Origin: Polyangiaceae bacterium
Lineage (GTDB): Bacteria > Myxococcota_A > Polyangia > Polyangiales > Polyangiaceae
NCBI GenBank assembly: GCA_044376115.1
Contig: JBILLK010000002.1
Span: forward strand, 160,001 to 224,000
Length of the DNA stretch: 64,000 nt
Direction of reading: 5' to 3'
The first letter of the stretch is position 1. Each line of letters begins with the position of its first letter. Shown one piece after another: positions 48,293 through 59,822 of this stretch. Made by a program: the position numbers and the translations under genes. The notes under the pieces are model-generated. The model was not told the DNA's origin. It worked only from the letters and a program-made list of their open reading frames with translations, and did no database searches.

Positions 48293-49180
48293 ATGCACAG
48301 CTGCAAACAGCTCAGGATCGCCTCTGCTCTATTGGGGCTTTCCCTCGTGGGCTGCCCTAGCAGCGAGTCTTCCACCGGAACCGGAGCAGCAAGCGCGGGC
48401 GGTTCAGGGGAGGGCGCAGGGTCCTCGAGCCAAGGCGCCGGGTCGGTGGGCGGCGGTCAAACGACGGGCGGCAACTCGAACGGTGGTGGCAGTCAAAATG
48501 GTGGTGCCACCGGGACGGGCGGCAACAATACCGGCGGCAGTGGCGGCGGGCTTCCGGCGTATGCGACCTTCCATCTGAACTACACCCAGAGCTTCGACTT
48601 CGACAAATGCGCCGAGCGCGACATCGTGATCTTCGATCTGCTGGACACCTCCGAGGCTGACCTTCAAACCTGCAAGGGCTTGGGCGCAAAGATGGTCTGC
48701 TACTTCTCGTCGCAATACGAAGAGTGGCGCGATGACGCGGGAGAGTTCGGCAATTTGGCTGGTGCGCTCGACGGCTGGCCAGGGGAGAACTGGGTAGACC
48801 CCAATGACCCGGCCAACCTCGCGGTGATGGAGGCCCGGCTCGATATCGCCGTGGCAAAGGGCTGCGATGGTGTGGACATCGACAACATCGATCGCGCCGG
48901 GCACGAAGACTACGTGATCGACATCTTCTCAGCCGCGCGCACACGTGGCCTCTTGGTCTCGCAGAAGAACGCGATCGAGAAGATCGATCTGTTCTTCGAC
49001 TACGTCGATCTTTACCAAAACGAGCAGTGCCAAGAGTACGACGAGTGTGCGGCGTATGAGGGGCTCGGCCGGCCGGTCTACAACATCGAATACACCCCCT
49101 GCCAGACGCTGCCTTACCTGTTCTCGAATCGTAAAGACGTTGAAGCGATGGACGCTCAGGAATGGGCCTGTTCACCCTGA
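48293..49180 (+). CDS. GH114-like endo-alpha-1,4-polygalactosaminidase lipoprotein
   Basis: CYFS....E.WRDD, GWPGE.W.D, KGCDGVDIDNID, QKN, NEQC....EC, PVYNIEY. Confidence 0.85.
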   Translation: MHSCKQLRIASALLGLSLVGCPSSESSTGTGAASAGGSGEGAGSSSQGAGSVGGGQTTGGNSNGGGSQNGGATGTGGNNTGGSGGGLPAYATFHLNYTQSFDFDKCAERDIVIFDLLDTSEADLQTCKGLGAKMVCYFSSQYEEWRDDAGEFGNLAGALDGWPGENWVDPNDPANLAVMEARLDIAVAKGCDGVDIDNIDRAGHEDYVIDIFSAARTRGLLVSQKNAIEKIDLFFDYVDLYQNEQCQEYDECAAYEGLGRPVYNIEYTPCQTLPYLFSNRKDVEAMDAQEWACSP

Positions 49181-49189
49181 GGAGGCACG

Positions 49190-50290
49190 CTGAACTCCGA
49201 CCTGTTTGAGTCGCTCGTCGCGCGTGCCGAGGCGCTTCCTGGGCCCCTCTCCGTAGGCGAGGTTCTGGCGCTGGCAGAGCCGTTGCTCGCGGAACTCGGC
49301 GAGTTGCATCGGAAGAGCGACTTCTGCGTCGCGCAGCCAAACGCGCCCGTCGCGCTGCGTTTGCAAAGCCCCGAACAGGCGCTTGGTGCGCCCCCCGATG
49401 CCCGCAGCGATCTTTGGACGGTCGCAGTGCTGCTGTTCCGTCTACTCACGGCGGCGTGGCCGTTCGATAAGCCTGACGATCAACAGCTGATCGTGGCGAT
49501 CGCGATGAGGCCCCATCGAGCGCTGGCCAGCGTGGCGAGTTCGCTCGGGCAGCCATTCGAGGCGTTCTTTTCGAGGGCTTTGCGCAAGGATGCTGTCGAT
49601 CGCTTCCAAACTGCCGAGGAGTTCTTGATCGCGTTGCGCGAGGCGGCGGATGCGCCCTTTGCGCCGATCGTCCAGCCGTTGCCTTTGCCGGTTTACGTCG
49701 AGCCAGCGACCAAGTTGACGAACCCGATCGAGGTGGCACCACCGCCACCACCTCGAGTCCGGCGCGTCCACGTACTCGCTGGGCTGTTGGTCCTGCTTTG
49801 TCTGGGCGGTGCTGCCTGGGTCGTCGGGGACGACGAGAGCAAGCCCGCTCGCAATGGCCTGGGGCCTGCCGAGCCGACTGTGCGGCTCGCTCCAGACGGC
49901 AAGCTGCCCCGGGTAACGCTGAAAGGAGCGCGGCCCATCACGCTGCCGCTCGGTGAGCCCTTCGTGCTCAACGTTTGGGCCGAGCGTTGCGCCGATTGCA
50001 TGCCCAAATTCGAAGCCTGGCGCGCCTTGGCCAAGGCGCGAAAGTTGCCAAACCTCCCGATCGTCAATGTGTCGGCTTTCAAGCCTGCGGATCCAGGCTG
50101 GGCGGAGAGCTACTTCGTCGATGAGCATCTGGTCTGGGACGACGGGCAAGCCTTGATACGGCCGCTGGGGCTCAATCAGTTCACCACCTTCGTCGTACGC
50201 GGCGACGGCCTGATCCTGTTTCGCGGTCATGCGGACCAACCGGGCTTCCGCGAAGCGTTGGACAAAGCTGCCGGCGCAGCGACGAAGTGA
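49190..50290 (+). CDS. Degenerate kinase C-lobe + TM + TlpA-like thioredoxin domain (start uncertain, CTG 49190 or TTG 49283)
   Basis: SPEQ..G...DARSDLW, PF, RAL.KD..DRFQTA; TM; VLNVWAERCADC. Confidence 0.72.
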   Translation: MNSDLFESLVARAEALPGPLSVGEVLALAEPLLAELGELHRKSDFCVAQPNAPVALRLQSPEQALGAPPDARSDLWTVAVLLFRLLTAAWPFDKPDDQQLIVAIAMRPHRALASVASSLGQPFEAFFSRALRKDAVDRFQTAEEFLIALREAADAPFAPIVQPLPLPVYVEPATKLTNPIEVAPPPPPRVRRVHVLAGLLVLLCLGGAAWVVGDDESKPARNGLGPAEPTVRLAPDGKLPRVTLKGARPITLPLGEPFVLNVWAERCADCMPKFEAWRALAKARKLPNLPIVNVSAFKPADPGWAESYFVDEHLVWDDGQALIRPLGLNQFTTFVVRGDGLILFRGHADQPGFREALDKAAGAATK

Positions 50291-50313
50291 TAAGGTCCGC
50301 GCGCTTTCGCTAG

Positions 50314-52651
<2,338 letters not shown>

Positions 52652-52655
<4 letters not shown>

Positions 52656-53761
52656 GCCGCGGAGGGCAGCGAAGGTGTGCGCGGAGTCATGCGTGCGCGC
52701 CGATCCGCGCGCCGCATATCGCTACCGCTGGGCTCATGTTCGTTGCGTTGCAGAGCCTCGCCGCCTGCGGCGCGGACCGTGAACGGAGTTCGAGCGCCGA
52801 TCTGGCGCCGGGCTCGAATTCAGCGCCACGCGCCCTCGCTGCCGCGGCGCCCTCTGGGAACGCTGAACCAAGCGCCTCAGCGGCGCCGGCTGCCAGCGCC
52901 GCTCCCAGCGCGGCGGCCCCCACGTCGCTGGCCTGCGCTGAAGGCATGCAGCTGATTGACGGCTCGTATTGTGAAGAGCTGGAGGTGCGCTGCTTAGAGA
53001 AATTTTACGCGCCGCAGAACCACCTCTGGGTGTGCAAGCGGGTCGCCGAACCAACGCGCTGTATCGGTAAAGAGCGACCGATGCGTTATTGCATGGACAC
53101 CTACGAGTTCCCGAATCGCAAAGGCGAGCGGCCGATGGTGATGCAGAACTTCTACCAGGCGCAGGTGCAATGCGCGAAGGCGGGCAAGCGTGTGTGCACA
53201 GAGAGCGAGTGGACGCTGGCCTGTGAAGGTCCGGAGCGCACGCCGTTCCCCTACGGCTACGTGCGCGACCCCAACAAATGCAACGGCGATAAACCGTGGG
53301 ATCGGCCGGACCGCAGCAAGCTGATCGATCGTGATCCGCGCGAGCTCGAGCGCCTTTGGCAAGGCCGTGTTTCCGGCTCGCAGCCGGAGTGCATCTCGGC
53401 TTTCGGCGTGGCGGATTTGCCCGGTAACACCGATGAGCTGGCCGCGAGTGAGACGAATTTCCCCTTCGACAAGAAGCAGAACTTCGACAACGTGACCACC
53501 GGCGGGCCTTGGTACTACGGCACGCGCAATATGTGCCGGCCGAAGATCTACACGCACGATGAGAGCTTCGCTTACTACTACCTTTCGTGGCGCTGTTGCA
53601 GCGAGGCCGACGGCAAGCCCACCGACCCTCGCTCGCCCAAGCAGATCGCCCGCGGGTGGAGCTTCGACAAAGTGAAGGACATCGCCAACCACAGTTGGAA
53701 GTTGCCGCTCAATCCGAAGTGGCCAGGTGATGAAGGCTACGTCTCGGGCGGGCCGAAGTAG
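52652..53761 (+). CDS. FGE-sulfatase (SUMF1-like) domain lipoprotein
   Basis: CMDTYEFPN, GKRVCTESEW..AC, FPYG, FGVADLPGN, WRCC. Confidence 0.85.
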
Positions 53762-53834
53762 GCAGCGGACCTCGAGGCGCGGGCGCGGGGCTAGGTCAGC
53801 TCGCGTACGCAAGCGCAGTGCGCTAGGGTCGGGC

Positions 53835-54848
53835 ATGCCTTACAAGTTGTTGTTTCCTTCCATGCTCCGGATTTCGTTGCTCGCTATCGGCTTTGCGGCG
53901 GCGAACTCTGGTTGCGGCGATGACACCTTGCCCACCGACGCTGTCTCATCGACCTCGGGCGGTGCGCCCAACGCAGGCGGCGGAGGACAAGGCGGCGCTG
54001 GGGCGAACGCGACGGGCGGAGCCGGAGGAACTGGCGCGAGTTCAGCGACGGGCGGAGCTGGAGGAGCCGGCGGTGGAGCCAACTGCATCGAGGACGGGCA
54101 CGTCGCAGGAGAGCGCTACTCGCTCGGGGACAACTGCAACTTCTGCGACTGCAACGCCGACGGCTCGAGCAGTTGCACGAACCGCAGCTGTGCTTCCTCT
54201 GACGGCGGTTGCAACTACGCCGGTGTAGACCACGCGTACGCTGAGCGTTTCCCCTCGACCGACGCTTGCAACGAGTGCGTCTGTGCAGCGAGCGGGCTGG
54301 CCTGCACGCGCCGCGAATGCACGACCAAAGAGGAGGGCGCCATCCTTGTCGAGTCGCTCGATACGCCCTGCGGTGACGACCCGACCTTCACTGCGCAAGC
54401 CGTGCTCGACGGCCTGCCGGTTAGCGATCTCGAGGCGCCTTTTGCTTACGAGACCGACGGCCCGCTCTATCCGGAGAGTTTGCCCGATACCACGGTGCGC
54501 GTTCGCGTCGTCTATGACGGCGGCTTCGCTGTGTGTCGCATTCCGAACCCCGGACAAGAGGCGTTCGACATCGAGGTTCTCGCCGAGTGGATCACCGAGG
54601 ACGGCGCCTTCGATGAGGGCTTTCATACCTATCTGCGCCGCAACGCAGGCGGCTTCACTGACGCCTGGTATCTCGGGATGACCAAGCCGGTCAACGGGCT
54701 CGACGGCAGCTACAATCCCGCCTGTCTCGATCCCAATGGCTTCGGCTTCACGGTGAACTTCGACGCCACCGGAGTCGTGGACGGCAGCGTAAGCAAGACC
54801 TGTGAGGCCGATATCCCGCTCACGGTGGGCAGCTTCCTCTATCCGTAA
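53835..54848 (+). CDS. Lipoprotein with two VWC/pacifastin-like Cys modules
   Basis: CNFCDCNADGSSSCTNRSC and CNECVCAASGLACTRREC after a Gly linker. Confidence 0.72.
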   Translation: MPYKLLFPSMLRISLLAIGFAAANSGCGDDTLPTDAVSSTSGGAPNAGGGGQGGAGANATGGAGGTGASSATGGAGGAGGGANCIEDGHVAGERYSLGDNCNFCDCNADGSSSCTNRSCASSDGGCNYAGVDHAYAERFPSTDACNECVCAASGLACTRRECTTKEEGAILVESLDTPCGDDPTFTAQAVLDGLPVSDLEAPFAYETDGPLYPESLPDTTVRVRVVYDGGFAVCRIPNPGQEAFDIEVLAEWITEDGAFDEGFHTYLRRNAGGFTDAWYLGMTKPVNGLDGSYNPACLDPNGFGFTVNFDATGVVDGSVSKTCEADIPLTVGSFLYP

Positions 54849-54986
54849 CGGGCATGGGCAACGACTATTCGACCATGAGCTGACCGCCGCTTCCGTCCTT
54901 GGCCCAACGTGGCCCATCGAAAGGAGGCTGGCGATTTCAGAATCCTTCAGACCGTTGCTTGGCCCGACAGCTGCATCATCGTGGTC

Positions 54987-55400
54987 ATGAATAAGCTACA
55001 ACTTGGCTCGAAGTTCTTCCTCGGTTTTGCGGCATGGCTTGCAGCCGCCCTCACACCCGCTTGCACCACGGGAAGCGATTGTGATCCGGAGGAGAGGGAG
55101 GAGGAACCTTTCGAGGGCTGCAAAATAACCTACACCGCGCCCAACGAAGGGGTGACGGAGCGCTGCCTGACCGTGGAGCTGGAAGCGGGGGAATGTCCAA
55201 CCGCTGACCAGATCAATGAATTGGACGTGCTCGGCGGGGAGGTTGCCGAGTGCGGACCAACGCCCGATAGCCCGAAGCCGCTCGAGGGAGTTGGTGGGGC
55301 AGGCGGCGGAGCAGAGGGCGGTGGAGGCAGCGGTGGGGGCACTGCCGGCGAACAGGGCAGCTGCTGCTACCCAGTTATCTACTCTGGAGGCTGCATCTAA
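54987..55400 (+). CDS. Small Cys-rich lipoprotein
   Basis: TPAC lipobox, Gly linker, CCY motif. Confidence 0.7.
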   Translation: MNKLQLGSKFFLGFAAWLAAALTPACTTGSDCDPEEREEEPFEGCKITYTAPNEGVTERCLTVELEAGECPTADQINELDVLGGEVAECGPTPDSPKPLEGVGGAGGGAEGGGGSGGGTAGEQGSCCYPVIYSGGCI

Positions 55401-55495
55401 CTCTTTAGGCTGAGGCGATCACGCGCTGAAACAAGGGCCGTGGGACGTGCGAAGCCCGCTTGAGGCAGGTAGCCTCGAGACGGGTGGCGCGACCG

Positions 55496-56161
55496 ATGAC
55501 AGGCATCAGCGAAGGTGAACTCGGCGACAGGCTGCTGAACGAACTCGAGGCGGAGCTGCTCGCTCGCTTCGAGTCGCCGGCGGCGCTCTCGGACGCTGAT
55601 GCCGGGACGTGTTCTAGCTACGCGCAGCAGCTCGCGGCGGCAGCGCAGCTTGTGATCGGCCGTGCCGTGAAGCTCGACGCACAGCGCCTGCTTATGCGCG
55701 CAATCGCGCTGCGTAGCGGGAAACTGTTCGCCTGGTTGTGCGCGAACTTCGAGCCAGCGCTGTGCAGCGATGGTCACTTCTTTCGCTGCCTGCGCGACAT
55801 GCGCCCCGACCCCAACGCTCTCTTGTTTGCGCTGGACCCAGAGGGGAAGCCAACGAATGCGGAGTTGGTGGTGCGCAGCGTGGGAGGCGAGGGGGCGGTG
55901 GTTGTTCCGCTGACCAAGTCGCTAGTGCGCATCGGCCGAGCCAAGGATTGCGAGGTGCGACTCGTTCACGACACGATCAGTCGCTACGGCGCGCTCATCC
56001 GCTTCTGCCGACACGGCGTGCTGGTTGAGGATAACGGCAGTGGGACTTGGCTTGGTGTGGGTGATTCACCAGCCTCCTATCATCAGCTCGCGCGTCACGA
56101 CCTGATTTCGGTCGGTACCTGCTTCAAACTCGAAGTCCGCGAGGTCGAGAGGCAGCGCTGA
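55496..56161 (+). CDS. FHA-domain protein
   Basis: IGR...C...L....ISR..A, VEDNGS; partly degenerate. Confidence 0.8.
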   Translation: MTGISEGELGDRLLNELEAELLARFESPAALSDADAGTCSSYAQQLAAAAQLVIGRAVKLDAQRLLMRAIALRSGKLFAWLCANFEPALCSDGHFFRCLRDMRPDPNALLFALDPEGKPTNAELVVRSVGGEGAVVVPLTKSLVRIGRAKDCEVRLVHDTISRYGALIRFCRHGVLVEDNGSGTWLGVGDSPASYHQLARHDLISVGTCFKLEVREVERQR

Positions 56162-56327
56162 CAACAAGCCTACTCGCGCGCTACTCGTCACAACCGAATC
56201 CGAGGATCAGACGGCTGCGAGCCCTCAAGTGCGAGAAAACGCGGCAATTCCCGCCAGACCAACACATCGCTGGTCTGCACAAAACCCGAGTTTTCAGCGT
56301 GGGACCATGCGCTCCATAATGCGACAC

Positions 56328-57134
56328 ATGACTGCATCGGAGCTTGTTTCGTGCCGGGTGTCGAAGCTGGTCTCGCTGCTCGCGCTGAGTGCGCAGCTCG
56401 TTGGCTGCGCGCCGGGTGAGGCTTGGCTATCAGATGAGAAGACGTCCGAGGAGCTCGAGCAACTGAAGGCGCCGCGTAAGCTACTGCTCTGTGAGCAAGG
56501 GCTCAGCGATCGCACCAGCGGTTGGGACAAGGGGCTGTTCGCGCTGTGTGAGGCGACGGAGGCCTTTGGGTTCAAGGTGATTCGCGACGGGGAGTATCCG
56601 GCCTTTGGTGCGCTGGATGAGAAGGGCGCTTACAACGCGCTTTTCGATGAGCTCGACGAGAACGGCGACGGCCTTGTCGATGCCAACGATTCGCCGGCGC
56701 TGGTGCACGTGGTCGGCTTCTCGTGGGGCGGTATCAACATCACCGACGTCGCTGATCGTCTGCGCGTCGATAAGCGCGTCGCTGTCGGTAGGCGCGGCGT
56801 CACGGCGATGGTGCTGCTCGACCCGTTTCAACCGCAGCTCTCCCGCGCCAACATTCCGAGCAACGTCGCTCACGCATGGATTTACCGTCAAACCGAGACG
56901 ACCGATGGAGATTGCTCGTCTGCGGTCTCGCTAGGCTTCGGCTACAACGGGCATCGGCCACGGGCGCGCAGCGAAATGACCTTCTGTCAGGACTACGATC
57001 TCGATGCCTTCAAGAACGACGTTGGGCACTGTGATGTGCCGAGCGTGGCAACCAAGGCCGCGGTGCACAACCTGGTGACCTTGACCGACTACGAGCCGTG
57101 GGCGAAGAACGCAGTGGAGTGCGATCTCGACTGA
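56328..57134 (+). CDS. Lipoprotein alpha/beta hydrolase with EF-hand-like loop (start uncertain)
   Basis: LVGC lipobox, DENGDGLVDAND, GFSWG, LLDP, GHC. Confidence 0.7.
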   Translation: MTASELVSCRVSKLVSLLALSAQLVGCAPGEAWLSDEKTSEELEQLKAPRKLLLCEQGLSDRTSGWDKGLFALCEATEAFGFKVIRDGEYPAFGALDEKGAYNALFDELDENGDGLVDANDSPALVHVVGFSWGGINITDVADRLRVDKRVAVGRRGVTAMVLLDPFQPQLSRANIPSNVAHAWIYRQTETTDGDCSSAVSLGFGYNGHRPRARSEMTFCQDYDLDAFKNDVGHCDVPSVATKAAVHNLVTLTDYEPWAKNAVECDLD

Positions 57135-57181
57135 GCCGGCACGACCAGGAACGAGAAGCACGCAGTACCAAGCTCCGCAGC

Positions 57182-57979
57182 TCAGGGCGTGGCGGGCGTC
57201 TCGGCTTCTCCACGTTCTTTGAGCGACGCGAGCGGCTTTCCGCTGATGATGCGCTTGAACAGCGCCGGCCAGTCAGCAAACTCGGTGCCCAAAATGCGAT
57301 CCATCACCGCGGTCTGGAATGCGTAGTGGCCGGTCCAGCGCGCGTGATGCAGCGCATGATAGACGAACGGATTCGCGAACAGCGTCGCGAAGCGCGAACC
57401 AGCTGCAGCCGAGTTGGGTTCGACGTTGGCGTGACCCACGATGTTGCCGACGATGTTGAACGCGAGGTATCCGAAGTAGCCCCAGAAGGTGATCGGCATG
57501 TAGAGCGACAGGAGGGCGGGCAACCCAACGTAGCCGAGCATCCACCCAAGAGCTTCAAACACGCTCACCGATTGCCCCGACAGCGGGGTGGTCACCTGGG
57601 AACGGTGATGCCAACGATGCATCCAAATCAGCTTCGGGTGGTGCATGGCCCGATGCAGCCCGTAATAGAAAACCTGAAACGCCATCATCAGGGTGAAGAA
57701 CGTGACGATGGACGCAACGGTCTTCGGTGCGGCAAAGTTGAACAAGCCCAAGTGCAAAGCCAGCGTAAAGCTGAGCGCACTCACCGCGATGAAAACGAGG
57801 TTGCCTTTGAACTCGTGTGAAAGTTGCCCGTCCGGGATCGGTAACGAAAATACCCGGCGGTTGGGGAACGCCCGTTCCGCGAGGTAACCACAGGCAACGC
57901 TTGCTGTCGTCAGGGACGCCATGGCTGCGAACACCGACAGCAGCAGCGAAAAAAAATCCTGGGGCAGCCACTGGAGCAT
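57182..57979 (-). CDS. Sterol desaturase/fatty acid hydroxylase family
   Basis: His boxes HRAMH, HRWHH, GHAN, HALHH. Confidence 0.9.
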   Translation of the reverse strand: MLQWLPQDFFSLLLSVFAAMASLTTASVACGYLAERAFPNRRVFSLPIPDGQLSHEFKGNLVFIAVSALSFTLALHLGLFNFAAPKTVASIVTFFTLMMAFQVFYYGLHRAMHHPKLIWMHRWHHRSQVTTPLSGQSVSVFEALGWMLGYVGLPALLSLYMPITFWGYFGYLAFNIVGNIVGHANVEPNSAAAGSRFATLFANPFVYHALHHARWTGHYAFQTAVMDRILGTEFADWPALFKRIISGKPLASLKERGEAETPATP

Positions 57980-58081
57980 GCCCTCGTCTTAGGGGCCTGA
58001 ACACGAGCCAACAAGCCCGCGCGCTCAAATCTGTTCGGCGGTCATCGCACGGATCGGCCGCTTCAAGCTCCGCGGGCCGCG

Positions 58082-59770
58082 TTAGCTGAGCGGTGAGAAG
58101 TGCACCAGATCCCCTGCTTCAACGCGCGCGAAGCCGCTGGGGCTACCGGGGAACCTTTGTGCGTTGGCCATCGTTAGGGACGCGTCTCCAGGCACTGAGC
58201 TGTTCATCGCCGCGAACGCCTGGTCCACGGCTGGACCTGCGGGCACTTGCAGCTTTCCGATCACACCCTCGAGCACCTGGCCCCAAGCCATGCCGGCCAG
58301 GGCCCAATGCGGGCTACCCGCGGCCAGCTCCGTCATGCAGGCTTCCGCAGTAGCGTACACGCCGATCACATGGCAGCCGGAGATATGCACGAGGCGCGCC
58401 TGTGCGAGCTTGGTGCGCAAGGCAGGAACGTCGTGCTCGCTCTTGCAGCGAAGACAGAGCGCTGCACCCTCGAACACGTTGAGCGACGACAGAAACCCTG
58501 AGAAGGGAACCAACTCAGCCAGCTCCGGGAAATCCACGATCATGCGCCCCAGCGACATCACTTTGCGCGGTGGAATCACCCGCTCGAGGATCGCCGTGAC
58601 GGGCGCTTTCGTGTCGTTGTGAAAGAGCAGCGAGGCGAGCGACGGATGAACCTTTGCAAGCTGCGGGTGAATCGCGTTACCCAAGCGAAACTCGGTCTTC
58701 ATCAAGGTATCGAGCTCGCGTACGCCGAGCAGCGCGGGCGGGCCGAGTGCGGGGATGGTGCGCAGTTGATACGTACCCGGCGTCAGTGGTACCGCGAGCT
58801 CGGTCTGGCCACCAGGCTCGACCAGGTCTTGTGCGACCACCTGCGGCGTTCGCGCGGGGCTTCCGAAACACTCGATCTTCGGCCTTAAATCGCGAACGTC
58901 CGGGGCAGGGAAGAAGTGGATTGCGAGCGACTCGGAGAAGGTCGCATCGAGCTTGATGTTGCAGGTATCGCAATGGGTCGTCAGCGGAGCCTGACCATCG
59001 CTGAAGCTGGCTTTCGGCACCAAACAGGCCGGGCACAACAAGTCGACGCGGACCCCGAGCAGGCCGACTTGCACCGCAGCGACAAATAGCCCCGCTACAT
59101 CCGAAAGCGGTGCCGCCCATGCCTGCGCTAGCGCCAGCGCCGACATCGCGTATTGGTCTCGCAGCGGCGCTGCGCGAATGAAGGCCAGCAAACGCTCGCG
59201 TAGCGCGGTTGGTGCGAGCTTTTGCGCTCTACTTTCGAGCACCCGTGCCTGCGTCGCGTTCAATGATGGCGGCGGGTTCAGCAAGCGAGCATCGACCGGC
59301 TCGGCGAACTCATCAGCGGCCTGTTCATCGAGAAAGGTCACCATCGCAGCCAGCGCGGTGCGCAAGTGCGGCTCGACCGAGCGCTTCAGGTCGAAGTTGA
59401 GCACTGGTCGGAACAGGCCGTTCTTGGGCTGTACCTCGAGCTGATAGCGGATGGCGGTGCCTCCGTTCGGCAGGGCTTCAAACTGGGCGCGCGCCGTCAT
59501 TCGGCTAGCCGGGCCACTCTCGAAATCCCGCTGGATGCGGAACCAGTGCGGCGAACGAAAGGTGAATGGCTTTTCTTCCCAGCGAATGGTGAGCCCGAGT
59601 TTGCCGACCGAACCGATGATGCGAGGCCCTTCAGGGCCGTTCACCGTTTGGAAGTTCAAGCCTGCTTTGGCGAGCGAATTGAACGAGTCGGTGTCGCTCA
59701 TCGCGCGAAAGGCTCGGTCCGGTGCTGCGCGGGTTTCGAGATGGAAGGTGAATCGAATGGGTTCAGCCAT
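58082..59770 (-). CDS. SRPBCC-like + DUF5939-like + degenerate cyclase-like protein
   Basis: SDTDSFN, WEEKPF, R.F.SGP; LLCPAC...HCDTCNI, CFGSPARTP; short C-terminal region lacking cyclase catalytic motifs. Confidence 0.7.
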   Translation of the reverse strand: MAEPIRFTFHLETRAAPDRAFRAMSDTDSFNSLAKAGLNFQTVNGPEGPRIIGSVGKLGLTIRWEEKPFTFRSPHWFRIQRDFESGPASRMTARAQFEALPNGGTAIRYQLEVQPKNGLFRPVLNFDLKRSVEPHLRTALAAMVTFLDEQAADEFAEPVDARLLNPPPSLNATQARVLESRAQKLAPTALRERLLAFIRAAPLRDQYAMSALALAQAWAAPLSDVAGLFVAAVQVGLLGVRVDLLCPACLVPKASFSDGQAPLTTHCDTCNIKLDATFSESLAIHFFPAPDVRDLRPKIECFGSPARTPQVVAQDLVEPGGQTELAVPLTPGTYQLRTIPALGPPALLGVRELDTLMKTEFRLGNAIHPQLAKVHPSLASLLFHNDTKAPVTAILERVIPPRKVMSLGRMIVDFPELAELVPFSGFLSSLNVFEGAALCLRCKSEHDVPALRTKLAQARLVHISGCHVIGVYATAEACMTELAAGSPHWALAGMAWGQVLEGVIGKLQVPAGPAVDQAFAAMNSSVPGDASLTMANAQRFPGSPSGFARVEAGDLVHFSPLS

Positions 59771-59822
59771 GCTTGCGACGACAACGTTGCGCTCCTTCGG
59801 CTGCCTTGGCAAATGCAACCGC

